A DNA stretch of 64,000 nucleotides. It comes from an uncultured Rhodospirillaceae bacterium. GTDB lineage: Bacteria; Pseudomonadota; Alphaproteobacteria; Rhodospirillales; UBA2165. This document shows positions 8,430 through 17,008 of this stretch, piece after piece (the first letter of the stretch is position 1; each line of letters starts with the position of its first letter). The position numbers and the translations under genes were made by a program. A model generated the notes under the pieces. It saw only the letters and a program-made list of their open reading frames with translations. It did not search any database and had not been told where the DNA came from. The DNA lies in NCBI GenBank assembly GCA_964566055.1, contig CAZMHI010000004.1:20053-84052 (forward strand), read 5' to 3'.

Positions 8430-9509
8430 ATGGGTTCCGTTTCACCGATCGTTTGCTGGTTCGAAGATTGCAATAAAGATTCCGTTGATTTGGTTGGCGG
8501 TAAATGTTCGTCGCTGGGTGAGCTTATCAATGCCGGTATTCGGGTGCCGCCGGGCTTTGCCGTAACGACCGAAGGCTATCTGCGTTTTATGTCCGAAGGC
8601 GGCATGAGCAAGCAAATATTTAAGACTCTCGAAGGATTGGATCACGAAGATTTGCCGGCGCTTGAGGCGGCCAGTACCGAAATCCGTGATTTGATCGAAA
8701 ATCTGCCATTCTCGGAAGATTTCGAGGACGACGTTGCTGAATACTATCGTCAACTCTCTACCATCTGCTGTGTTCCGGCCGTACCGGTCGCCGTCCGCTC
8801 TAGTGCTACGGCTGAAGATTTACCCGATGCCAGTTTTGCCGGTCAGCAAGATACTTTTCTTTGGGTCCGTGGCATTGATGATGTCCTGACCCATGTCAAA
8901 AAATGTTTTTCCAGCCTGTTTACCGCCCGGGCCATCGCCTATCGCATTCAGATGAATTTTCCGCATGATCAAGTGGCGATTAGTGTCGGCGTACAGAAAA
9001 TGGCGAATTCTCATACTGCTGGCGTGATGTTCACAATCAATCCGGCAAATGGCGACCGTGCTTCCATCGTCATCAATTCAAGCTTCGGTTTTGGCGAGGC
9101 TGTGGTTTCCGGCGAAGTCACACCGGACGAATTCCTGGTTAATAAGATTTCAATGGAGATGCTTAACCGGGTGATTTCCAAGAAAGAGCTTTATTACACG
9201 GTCGATTTTGTCAGCCAAACCTCAAAGCTCTACGACGTGCCGGTTGAGCGGCAATCCATTCAATCTATTGTCGACGAGGAAGTTATAGATCTCGCCGAAA
9301 TGGGAAAACGCATCGAAAAGCATTATGGCCGTCCGATGGATATCGAATGGGCTGTCGACAAAGACATGCCGGCCGATGCCAATATTTTCATTCTCCAAGC
9401 ACGGCCTGAAACCGTGTGGAGTTCCAAGAAAAAAGAACCTGTTGCCGTCACCGGCAGCGCTATGGACCACATTTTAGCGTCAGTGATGGAGGGCAAAAGT
9501 CTCAACTAA
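8430..9509 (+). CDS. PEP synthase/PPDK N-terminal (ATP-grasp) domain protein, phenylphosphate synthase beta (PpsB)-like
   Basis: The ORF track starts at 8400. I prefer ATG 8430 after GGAGGGA. The sequence VDLVGGKCSSLGELINAGIRVPPGFAVTTEGY...VAVRSSATAEDLPDASFAGQQDTFL is the PPDK_N nucleotide-binding half only. Confidence 0.75.
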   Translation: MGSVSPIVCWFEDCNKDSVDLVGGKCSSLGELINAGIRVPPGFAVTTEGYLRFMSEGGMSKQIFKTLEGLDHEDLPALEAASTEIRDLIENLPFSEDFEDDVAEYYRQLSTICCVPAVPVAVRSSATAEDLPDASFAGQQDTFLWVRGIDDVLTHVKKCFSSLFTARAIAYRIQMNFPHDQVAISVGVQKMANSHTAGVMFTINPANGDRASIVINSSFGFGEAVVSGEVTPDEFLVNKISMEMLNRVISKKELYYTVDFVSQTSKLYDVPVERQSIQSIVDEEVIDLAEMGKRIEKHYGRPMDIEWAVDKDMPADANIFILQARPETVWSSKKKEPVAVTGSAMDHILASVMEGKSLN

Positions 9510-9601
9510 GAAATCAATTTGAAGCACCAGAATACCGGCTCAATCCACCAAGGATACCGGGAAATTATCACAATTATCTAGATTCAAAATAGGAGAGAAA
9601 A

Positions 9602-11101
9602 ATGGATAAACAACTTAAACCAAATGCGATTGATGATATTCGATCATACATTGCAGCGCTTGATGCTGCGGGAGAACTACATCGGGTTAAAACCGAAGTC
9701 GATTGGGAATATGAGCTTTGCCATGTTTCCAAGGTGAACGAAGAACAAGATGGTCCAGCGTTGCTATATGAAAACGTCAAAGACAATACGGTTCCGGTTT
9801 TCACCAGCGCCTTCACCACCAAAGAACGCTTGGCCATTGCGCTTGAGCAGGAACCAGGTCTTTCGATGAGTGATCTCGCCCAGAAATGGATGGAATTGAC
9901 CACTCAGGGACTTATACCGCCGGAATATGTTGATGAAGTTCCGGTCATGGAAAACCAGATGGTTGGTGACGATATCGATATCACCAAGTTTCCTGTGCCG
10001 TGGTTCTATCCCGATGATGGTGGCCGCTTCTTTGTGACTGCTGGTTATCTGATTACCGAAGATCCGGATACCGGCTGGTCCAACCTTGGTACTTATCGTT
10101 CGCAAGTCTTGGGACCGGATCTTCTGGGTTCGCAAATCCTGCCTGGTAAGCACGGTGAGTTCCACATGAAGAAATATCAGGAACGTGGTGAATTGATGCC
10201 GGCTGCTGCCGTGGTTGGTTGTGATCCTGTGCTGTTCCTGGCGGGCTCGACCTTGGTCAGTTCCGATGTCTCCGAATATGATGTCGCCGGTGCATTGCGC
10301 CAGCGTCCGGTACCGGTCTTTAAATCCGACGTGACCGGCCTGACTTTGCCGGCCAATGCGGAGATTATCGCTGAAGGCTTTGTTGATCCGAACGAGTTGA
10401 TGGATGAAGGTCCGTTTGGCGAATATACCGGTTACTATTCGGGTAACAAAGGTAAAGACTTCCCAAAACCGGTGCTGCGTATCAAACGTATCCTTTACCG
10501 GAACAAGCCGGTTATGTGGTCAACCACGGTTGGTAAACCAATCAATGACATTCACATGATCCAATCGCTTAACCGGACGGCAACGCTCTGGCATGATCTC
10601 GAAACCATGAAAGTGCCAGGTATCGAAAGTGTCTACATTCCACCGGAAGCTTGTGGCCGGTTCTGGGCTATCGTTTCGGTGCGCCAGAAATATCCGGGTC
10701 ACTCCAACCATGTCGGTAACGCGGTGATCGCGTCAACCACAGGTCACTATGGCATCAAGGGTGTGATTACGGTCGATCATGATATCCAGGCGGATGACTG
10801 GGATCGCGTGATGTGGGCCTTGTCGACCCGCTTCGATCCGAAACGTTCAGCCCAGATCATTGATCGTGGCCGCTCGACGGTGCTTGATCCGGGTCTGCCA
10901 ATCGATGCGCGTAAAATCACCAGCCGTATTCTGCTGGATGCTTGTACGCCGTATGAATGGGAAAATAAACCAAACGAGATTTTCATGGATCGCAAAGTTC
11001 TGCAGAAAGTCTCTGACCGGTGGAATGATTATGGCTTCGAAGGGACTAGCCCGGTTGCCAATATGATTGACCGGCTGACCAAACCGGAAACGGCTGAATA
11101 A
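9602..11101 (+). CDS. UbiD-family prFMN-dependent (de)carboxylase
   Basis: 499 aa. It has a UbiD-type N-terminus (DIRSYIAALDAAGELHRVKTEVDWEYEL) and UbiD-typical length and layout. RBS AGGAGA. UbiX and an LpdD-like gene lie in the same operon. Confidence 0.85.
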   Translation: MDKQLKPNAIDDIRSYIAALDAAGELHRVKTEVDWEYELCHVSKVNEEQDGPALLYENVKDNTVPVFTSAFTTKERLAIALEQEPGLSMSDLAQKWMELTTQGLIPPEYVDEVPVMENQMVGDDIDITKFPVPWFYPDDGGRFFVTAGYLITEDPDTGWSNLGTYRSQVLGPDLLGSQILPGKHGEFHMKKYQERGELMPAAAVVGCDPVLFLAGSTLVSSDVSEYDVAGALRQRPVPVFKSDVTGLTLPANAEIIAEGFVDPNELMDEGPFGEYTGYYSGNKGKDFPKPVLRIKRILYRNKPVMWSTTVGKPINDIHMIQSLNRTATLWHDLETMKVPGIESVYIPPEACGRFWAIVSVRQKYPGHSNHVGNAVIASTTGHYGIKGVITVDHDIQADDWDRVMWALSTRFDPKRSAQIIDRGRSTVLDPGLPIDARKITSRILLDACTPYEWENKPNEIFMDRKVLQKVSDRWNDYGFEGTSPVANMIDRLTKPETAE

Positions 11102-11114
11102 TATCCCAGCTAAA

Positions 11115-11152
11115 TAGGGGGGGTGGGTTCAACTCACTCCCCTAATTTTTTT
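11115..11152 (+). terminator. Candidate intrinsic terminator or attenuator inside the operon
   Basis: TAGGGG(gg)GTG...CAC(t)CCCCTA forms a GC-rich stem followed by AATTTTTTT (T-run 11146-11152). It lies between the UbiD stop and the UPF0261 start. Confidence 0.45.
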
Positions 11153-11184
11153 CAAGATTTAAAGTAAATAGGAATTACGGCGTC

Positions 11185-12447
11185 ATGGTTGAAAAAAAAG
11201 GAATTGTCATTATCTGCAACCTCGATACCAGGGGTGAAGATATCATCTTTGTCAAAGAGATGATCGAAGAGCGCGGCCACAATGCCGTGCTGGTCGATGT
11301 CAGTATGGAGGAACCACCACCTTTTGCCGGTGACGTTACGTGTGAAGAAGTTGCTGAACGCGGCGGTAAGACAATCGAGGAAGTGCGTAGATGTTACCGC
11401 GAAGACCGCGATGAGGCGACCCAAAACCAAATCAGAGGTGCGGCGGCAATTGTCGATGATCTCCTCAAAGAAGGTAAAGTCCACGGAATTTTTGGCGTTG
11501 GCGGCGGAACGGCGACGCTGATCTCAACTGCCATTATGAGGAAACTGCCATTTGGTATGCCGAAAGTCATGGCTTCGCCAATGGCCGCACATCCCCGCTA
11601 TATCGATAAATATGTCGGTACCAGCGACCTCACCATGCATCACACCATACTCGATATTGTCAAAATGAATCCGCTTCTGAAAGCGCAGATCACAAATGCG
11701 ATTGGCGCCATCTGCGGTATGGTCGAGATGACCATGGGCACTGAGTTTAAATTTGATAAGCCGGTGGTCGCGATCACCGCTTTTAGTTTCGGTGAAATGG
11801 CCGTGCAAACGGCTGTAAGGATGCTGGAAGAGGAAGGCTTTACGCCGATTGTTTGTCATTCCCAGGGTAAGGGCGACCGCGCCATGGAAGAAATGATTAA
11901 AGACGGCGCCTTTGATGGCATTATTGATATCTGCACCGGCGGCATTATGGAGCATCTTTATGATGGCAATCGTGATCCGGGCCCGGACCGTCTCAAAGCC
12001 GCGGCTGCGGCAGGTATCCCAGCCGTGCTGGCTCCCTGCGGGCTTGATATTCTGAGTTATGGCGGGCGGGAAGATAAAATCGAGCAATCCAAAGACCGGG
12101 TGCAATTTGTCCAGGATGCCCTGCGCGTCCAGGTGCGAACCAATGCAGAGGAACTTACCCAAGCAGCAGATGTGATTGCCGAGCGGCTCAACCAGTCGAC
12201 CGGCCCGTTTACTTTTATGCTGCCGATGCAGGGATGGTCGTCTCTGGACCGGGAAGGCTGCCCAATTTACGATCTTGAGGCTGATGCGGTTTTTGCCGAA
12301 CGCCTACAAGAGAAAATTGATGATAAGACCGCGGTTAAAGAAGTTGACCTGCACCTCTATACGCCGGAATTTGCCAGGGCGGCGGTTGATGAATTTAAGC
12401 GCCTCTATGAACTGAGCAATTCTTCCGAGATGGATAAAGCGGGATAA
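11185..12447 (+). CDS. UPF0261 / Tm-1-like ATP-binding domain protein (function unknown)
   Basis: 420 aa. The N-terminus MVEKKGIVIICNLDTRGEDIIFVKEMIEERGHNAVLVDVS resembles the UPF0261 family pattern (IxxxGTLDTKGEE...). Family assignment is from memory. Confidence 0.6.
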   Translation: MVEKKGIVIICNLDTRGEDIIFVKEMIEERGHNAVLVDVSMEEPPPFAGDVTCEEVAERGGKTIEEVRRCYREDRDEATQNQIRGAAAIVDDLLKEGKVHGIFGVGGGTATLISTAIMRKLPFGMPKVMASPMAAHPRYIDKYVGTSDLTMHHTILDIVKMNPLLKAQITNAIGAICGMVEMTMGTEFKFDKPVVAITAFSFGEMAVQTAVRMLEEEGFTPIVCHSQGKGDRAMEEMIKDGAFDGIIDICTGGIMEHLYDGNRDPGPDRLKAAAAAGIPAVLAPCGLDILSYGGREDKIEQSKDRVQFVQDALRVQVRTNAEELTQAADVIAERLNQSTGPFTFMLPMQGWSSLDREGCPIYDLEADAVFAERLQEKIDDKTAVKEVDLHLYTPEFARAAVDEFKRLYELSNSSEMDKAG

Positions 12448-12461
12448 TTGGAGGGCCTGTT

Positions 12462-13139
12462 ATGCTTGTGCAAAATTGGATGAAAAGTAATCCGGAAACA
12501 GTCACCAGTGATACTCTGGTTTCCGAGGCCAAGCGTCTTTTGACGGAAAAAAATCTGCGCGCCTTGCCGGTGGTGGATGACGACCGCTTGCGGGGGCTGA
12601 TTACGCGGGCCAATTGCCTGCGCGCTGCTGAGTTTGTTTCCCGTGGCCAGGACCCCAACGAATTTGATTTTTTCGCCAATCGTTTAAAAGTTAAAGACCT
12701 TATGTCCCGCCGCCCGGCAACGGTCAGTGCCGATGACACCATGGAGCATTGCCTGAGGCGTGGTCAGGATGAAGACATCAGCCAGTTTCCGGTCGTCGAT
12801 GGTGACAAGCTTATCGGTATAATTTCGGCATCGGAGATTTTCGGCTTGGCCGCTCATGTGCTGGGCGCTTGGGACAGCTGGAGCGGCATTACTCTATCCC
12901 CAATGATTATCGATAAAGGCACTTTGGGCGAGATTGCCGGCATTGTCGAAGACAACGGCGGCACACTGCAATCCATGTTCACGGTGGATGAAAACGGCAG
13001 TGATTTGAAACGGGTAATCTTAAGATTTCAGGCCGATGACTTTGATGCAGTGGGTGCAGCCCTGACAGATGCTGGATTTACGCTCTTGGAAGCTTGCCCT
13101 GAGGTGCAAAATAATCAAAATACGAGCGATGCAGGATAA
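12462..13139 (+). CDS. Tandem-CBS plus ACT-like domain protein (AcuB-like), phenylphosphate synthase stimulatory subunit (PpsC)-like
   Basis: 225 aa. Two CBS motifs are visible (LRALPVVDDDRLRGLITRAN; ISQFPVVDGDKLIGIISASEI) with a C-terminal ACT-like region. RBS GGAGGG. Confidence 0.7.
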   Translation: MLVQNWMKSNPETVTSDTLVSEAKRLLTEKNLRALPVVDDDRLRGLITRANCLRAAEFVSRGQDPNEFDFFANRLKVKDLMSRRPATVSADDTMEHCLRRGQDEDISQFPVVDGDKLIGIISASEIFGLAAHVLGAWDSWSGITLSPMIIDKGTLGEIAGIVEDNGGTLQSMFTVDENGSDLKRVILRFQADDFDAVGAALTDAGFTLLEACPEVQNNQNTSDAG

Positions 13140-13545
13140 TTCTGACAATCTTGAGAAATTTGCCGTTAGCAGCAGCGATGTGATATACACGGTTTGCGCC
13201 GAAGCAGTTAAAATCGGCAATGACTATCTGGTATATTTATGGGGTGGTGAAGCGCCTCATATCGGTGCTGTTGCAGCGGCCCAGCCCCGGCCCAGCTTGG
13301 TAGACCCGGCAGAAACCAGTGCGTCATCCTCGGTGTTGACCTATGTCGGTCATAAAGAGGATATTGTGGCCAAACAGGTCGCCGAAGATTTATCCAGTGC
13401 GCTTGATGAAAATGTTGTTGTCACCGCCGGGATTCATTGGGATAACATCGAAAAAACCGGTATCGAAAAAGTGGTTGCAGGATGCCGGGAAGTTACCGAA
13501 GCACTGATTGAGGTGCTCGGCAAACACAGCAAGGAAACGAAATGA
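13129..13545 (+). CDS. LpdD-like small protein (putative prenylated-flavin chaperone or accessory subunit of the UbiD enzyme)
   Basis: The ORF track starts at 13069, inside the CBS gene. I prefer ATG 13129, which overlaps the CBS stop. The motifs WGGEAPHIGAVA and VTAGIHWDNI resemble the GGxxPHIG and TAGIH motifs I recall from Lactobacillus LpdD. The stop overlaps the ubiX start (ATGA). Confidence 0.45.
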   Translation: MQDNSDNLEKFAVSSSDVIYTVCAEAVKIGNDYLVYLWGGEAPHIGAVAAAQPRPSLVDPAETSASSSVLTYVGHKEDIVAKQVAEDLSSALDENVVVTAGIHWDNIEKTGIEKVVAGCREVTEALIEVLGKHSKETK

Positions 13546-14192
13546 CACACCCTCTTGTCGTCGCTGTTACCGGTGCCACCGGCGTGATTTACGGCGTTGA
13601 ATTGCTTAAAGTTCTGAAAGAACTTGGCGAGGAAACCCATCTGATTTTAAGTGAATCAGCCGGCCGCAATTTGAAAATCGAGACTGAATATAATCTCGAT
13701 GATGTGCGCGCTTTGGCTGATGTTGTCTACAGCAACAAGGACATTGGTGCCGCGGTCGCCAGTGGATCTTTCCTGACCCGGGGTATGGTGGTCGTGCCCT
13801 GCACAATCAAAAGCCTTTCGGCGATTGCCAATTCCTACAATGACAATCTCGTTGCCCGGGCAGCCGATGTGACTTTGAAGGAGAAGCGCCGCTTGGTGCT
13901 GATGGTAAGGGAAACACCCTTGCACAAAGGCCATCTCGATTTGATGTCCCGTAGCGCTGATTTGGGGGCGACGATCCTGCCGCCGATGCCGTCCTTTTAT
14001 CACGGACCGCAAACCATCCAGGACATTATTAACCAAAGTATCGGTAAGGTGCTGGATCAGTTCAGCATCGAGCATAGTCTTTTCCGCCGCTGGAAAGGCG
14101 ATGAGCGGGTGACCGATCGGGAAGTTAAAACGCCTAGCAAAGATAGAGTAGAAGAGCTGGAATCCCGCTTCGGTGAAATCAAGCGTATGTAG
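13542..14192 (+). CDS. ubiX: UbiX-family flavin prenyltransferase (prFMN synthase)
   Basis: 216 aa. VVAVTGATGVIYGVELLKVL...MVVVPCTIKSLSAIANSYNDNLVARAADVTLKEKRRLVLMVRETPL is a classic UbiX/Pad1 sequence. Confidence 0.9.
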   Translation: MTHPLVVAVTGATGVIYGVELLKVLKELGEETHLILSESAGRNLKIETEYNLDDVRALADVVYSNKDIGAAVASGSFLTRGMVVVPCTIKSLSAIANSYNDNLVARAADVTLKEKRRLVLMVRETPLHKGHLDLMSRSADLGATILPPMPSFYHGPQTIQDIINQSIGKVLDQFSIEHSLFRRWKGDERVTDREVKTPSKDRVEELESRFGEIKRM

Positions 14193-14198
14193 GCTGGG

Positions 14199-16526
14199 CT
14201 ACTCCTGTTGCTCCAGCACGTCCAAGACTTTTTCAGGTGTCATTGGTAGAGAATTTGGCCGCCCGCCAATAGCATCATCAATGGCATTGGCAATTGCTGG
14301 CGCGACGCCAACCATCGCCGGTTCACCGACACCCTTGGCGCCGAAAGGTCCAGCTGGTTCCGGGTCTTCAACAATTATCGTCTGAACTTTGGGCACTTCT
14401 TTGACGCCCGGCACTTTGTATTCCATCAGCGTTGGATTGACCAAACGGCCATTGTCCCAGACCATTTCTTCAAACAGCGCATAGCCCATGCCTTGGGCGA
14501 AACCACCTTGGATTTGGCCTTCAATATTTGTCGGATTAATCGCCTTACCGACATCAGCGGCAGCCCAGGCTTTGACCACTTCAACCTGGCCGGTGACTTC
14601 GTCAACATCAACGGCGGCACCCTGAACGCCGTAAATATAGGCGCCCATATTACCGAAGACGACGGCTTTCATCTTGGAGCCTTCACGATCGAAGGGCGGT
14701 CCATCAAAAACAAACGTATGGGTGCCGATGATCGGTCCGCCAACCCCATAATGCGCACGCAACGAGGCCTCTTTAAAAGTGATGGTGCGGTTGACCAAAG
14801 GACTGTCTGTAACGTCAGCTTTTACGCCGACCTGGCCGCCTGAAATTAACGTCAGCTGAGCCGGGTCACAGTCGAGCATAGCAGCTGCGTGTTCCATGAT
14901 CTGATCGGCAACGTCTTCGGCTGCCGCCTTAACTGCCCGGCCCGTGGTGTAGGTGGTGCGGCTGCCGACAGATTTGTAATTGTAGGGTGTCGTGTCGGTA
15001 TCAGGCTCGGTTACATTTATGGCTTCGATCGGCAGCTTAAGAGCTTCGGCGCAAATTTGCGCCAAGATGGTACTCGCGCCCTGGCCGATCTCAATACCGC
15101 CGGTATTCATGGTAATGGTGCCGTCTTCACGCAGTTGCACTGAAGCACCGCTGGCCAAAAAACTGCTGATATGGGCAAAACCTGAAAAACCAAAGCCGCG
15201 TTTTTTACCGGCTACAGGTGGCGGCAATTGATCTTTATCTAGTTCCGCCGCCTTTTGTACTTCTTCGAGGCATTGGGCAAAGCCGCAGGCCGGCACTTCC
15301 TGGCCGCCCAGCCATTTATCGCCGGCCACCATGGCGTTCTTTTGGCGCACTTCCATTGGTGACAGCTCAAGCGCTTGGGCGAGGCGGTCAATCAGGCATT
15401 CACGGGCGATGGTGGTTTGCGGATTGCCGAAGCCCCGGAACGAGCCGGCTCGTAGTTTATTGGTGTAAAATGCCCGGGCTGAGCCGCGGAAATTTGGGAT
15501 CCGGTAGGGCCCCCGCGCCATCATCAGGCCGAAACTTGCAACCGCCGGGGTTTCGTCCATGAAAGAGCCGCCATCGAACAATAGTTCGGCTTCCTGAGCG
15601 ATAAAAGTGCCGTCTTTCTTAGCGCCCATTTTCATGCGCACGCGTGACGGGTGACGCGACCGGCAGGTTTCAAAATCCAAGGTGCGAGAGAGAGTAATTT
15701 TAACCGGTTTGCTGGCTTTAAGCGCCAGGGCAGCGGCAATCGGCTGCATATGAGGCCCAGCCCGGCCACCAAAGCCACCACCAACAGCTGGAGAAATTGC
15801 CCGCACTTTGGTAAGCGGCAGGCCGAGATAATCAGCTGTCCGGGTTTGAATGAAATGAACACCCTGGTTCGGCCCCCAAACCGTTACTTTACCATTAGCG
15901 TCGACATCGGCGAGAGCAGAGGCTGGCTCTAAATAGAGATGATGCTGAGCCTGGGTCTCAAATGTTTCTTCGACCACGGCATCGCACTCAGCCCAGGCAG
16001 CATCAACATCACCTTCCTCTGCCGAGGTTGCCCAGCATTCATTGCCGCTAACCTCGAGGTCCGTTACTTTCATTTGGTAGGTAGAGAAATCCGGGTGGAT
16101 GATCGGCAGATCAGGATTCATCGCATCATCAATCGAGAGAATTGGCGTCAGCTCTTCATACTCGACTTGGATCAAGCGGGTGGCTTCTTCAGCGGCTTCT
16201 CGCGAGCGAGCGGCAACGGCGGCAACCGGCTCACCGATATAGCGGACCCTGCCTTTGGCCAGCAAGGTTTCGTCTTTGACGTGGCCACCGCTGCGAAACC
16301 AATCATAGTCATCACCGGTGATGACGGCTTTGACGCCGGGCACCTTAAGGGCTGCAGAAATATCGTAAGATACTATGGTGGCATGGGCGTGCGGGCTTGT
16401 AGCAATGGCCCCAAAGAGCATGCCGGGCAAGGTCATGTCATCGGTATAGCGGGCGCGACCGATTGCTTTATCTTTACCTTCGAGCCGGGTAACGCGTTGG
16501 CCAATCGTGTCTAAGACTTCGGTCAT
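14199..16526 (-). CDS. Xanthine-dehydrogenase-family molybdopterin-binding large subunit (set 1)
   Basis: 775 aa. It has an Ald_Xan_dh N-terminal domain (GRARYTDDMTLPGMLFGAIATSPHAHA) and the GGGFGGR Mo-cofactor motif. It overlaps the 2Fe-2S subunit gene by 4 nt. Confidence 0.9.
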   Translation of the reverse strand: MTEVLDTIGQRVTRLEGKDKAIGRARYTDDMTLPGMLFGAIATSPHAHATIVSYDISAALKVPGVKAVITGDDYDWFRSGGHVKDETLLAKGRVRYIGEPVAAVAARSREAAEEATRLIQVEYEELTPILSIDDAMNPDLPIIHPDFSTYQMKVTDLEVSGNECWATSAEEGDVDAAWAECDAVVEETFETQAQHHLYLEPASALADVDANGKVTVWGPNQGVHFIQTRTADYLGLPLTKVRAISPAVGGGFGGRAGPHMQPIAAALALKASKPVKITLSRTLDFETCRSRHPSRVRMKMGAKKDGTFIAQEAELLFDGGSFMDETPAVASFGLMMARGPYRIPNFRGSARAFYTNKLRAGSFRGFGNPQTTIARECLIDRLAQALELSPMEVRQKNAMVAGDKWLGGQEVPACGFAQCLEEVQKAAELDKDQLPPPVAGKKRGFGFSGFAHISSFLASGASVQLREDGTITMNTGGIEIGQGASTILAQICAEALKLPIEAINVTEPDTDTTPYNYKSVGSRTTYTTGRAVKAAAEDVADQIMEHAAAMLDCDPAQLTLISGGQVGVKADVTDSPLVNRTITFKEASLRAHYGVGGPIIGTHTFVFDGPPFDREGSKMKAVVFGNMGAYIYGVQGAAVDVDEVTGQVEVVKAWAAADVGKAINPTNIEGQIQGGFAQGMGYALFEEMVWDNGRLVNPTLMEYKVPGVKEVPKVQTIIVEDPEPAGPFGAKGVGEPAMVGVAPAIANAIDDAIGGRPNSLPMTPEKVLDVLEQQE

Positions 16527-17008
16527 TGCGCTGCTCCCTTGAGTTGACCGGCAGCTTGAACGGCCGAGGCGATAATTTTTTCATAGCCGGTACAGCGGCA
16601 GATGTTGCCTGAAATACCTTCACGAATCTCGGCTTTGCCCGCCTCGGGATTGCTTTTAAGGATGGAACTGACGGTCAGGATCATACCGGACGAACAAAAA
16701 CCGCATTGAATGCCGCCGGTATCAACGAAGGATTGTTGCACAACGTCCAAACCTTCGGGTGTGGCCAGTCCCTCGATGGTGGTTATCTCAGCACCTTCGC
16801 AGAGGGCAGCGATAGTTAAACAGCCCCGTACCGGTTCACCATTGATCAAAACCGTGCAGGTGCCGCAGACGCCCTGATCGCAGCCCCGTTTGGCACCGGT
16901 TAAATTAAGTCTTTCGCGCAGCACAGTCAGTAGAGTTTCCTGAGCCGGCGCCGTGACGGTTTCAATCTCGCCATTAATATTGAGATCGTAAGTTAAAGTA
17001 TCACTCAT
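16523..17008 (-). CDS. (2Fe-2S)-binding small subunit of the Mo hydroxylase (set 1)
   Basis: 161 aa with both cluster motifs: CDQGVCGTCTV...C and QCGFCSSGM...CRCTGY. Confidence 0.9.
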   Translation of the reverse strand: MSDTLTYDLNINGEIETVTAPAQETLLTVLRERLNLTGAKRGCDQGVCGTCTVLINGEPVRGCLTIAALCEGAEITTIEGLATPEGLDVVQQSFVDTGGIQCGFCSSGMILTVSSILKSNPEAGKAEIREGISGNICRCTGYEKIIASAVQAAGQLKGAAQ

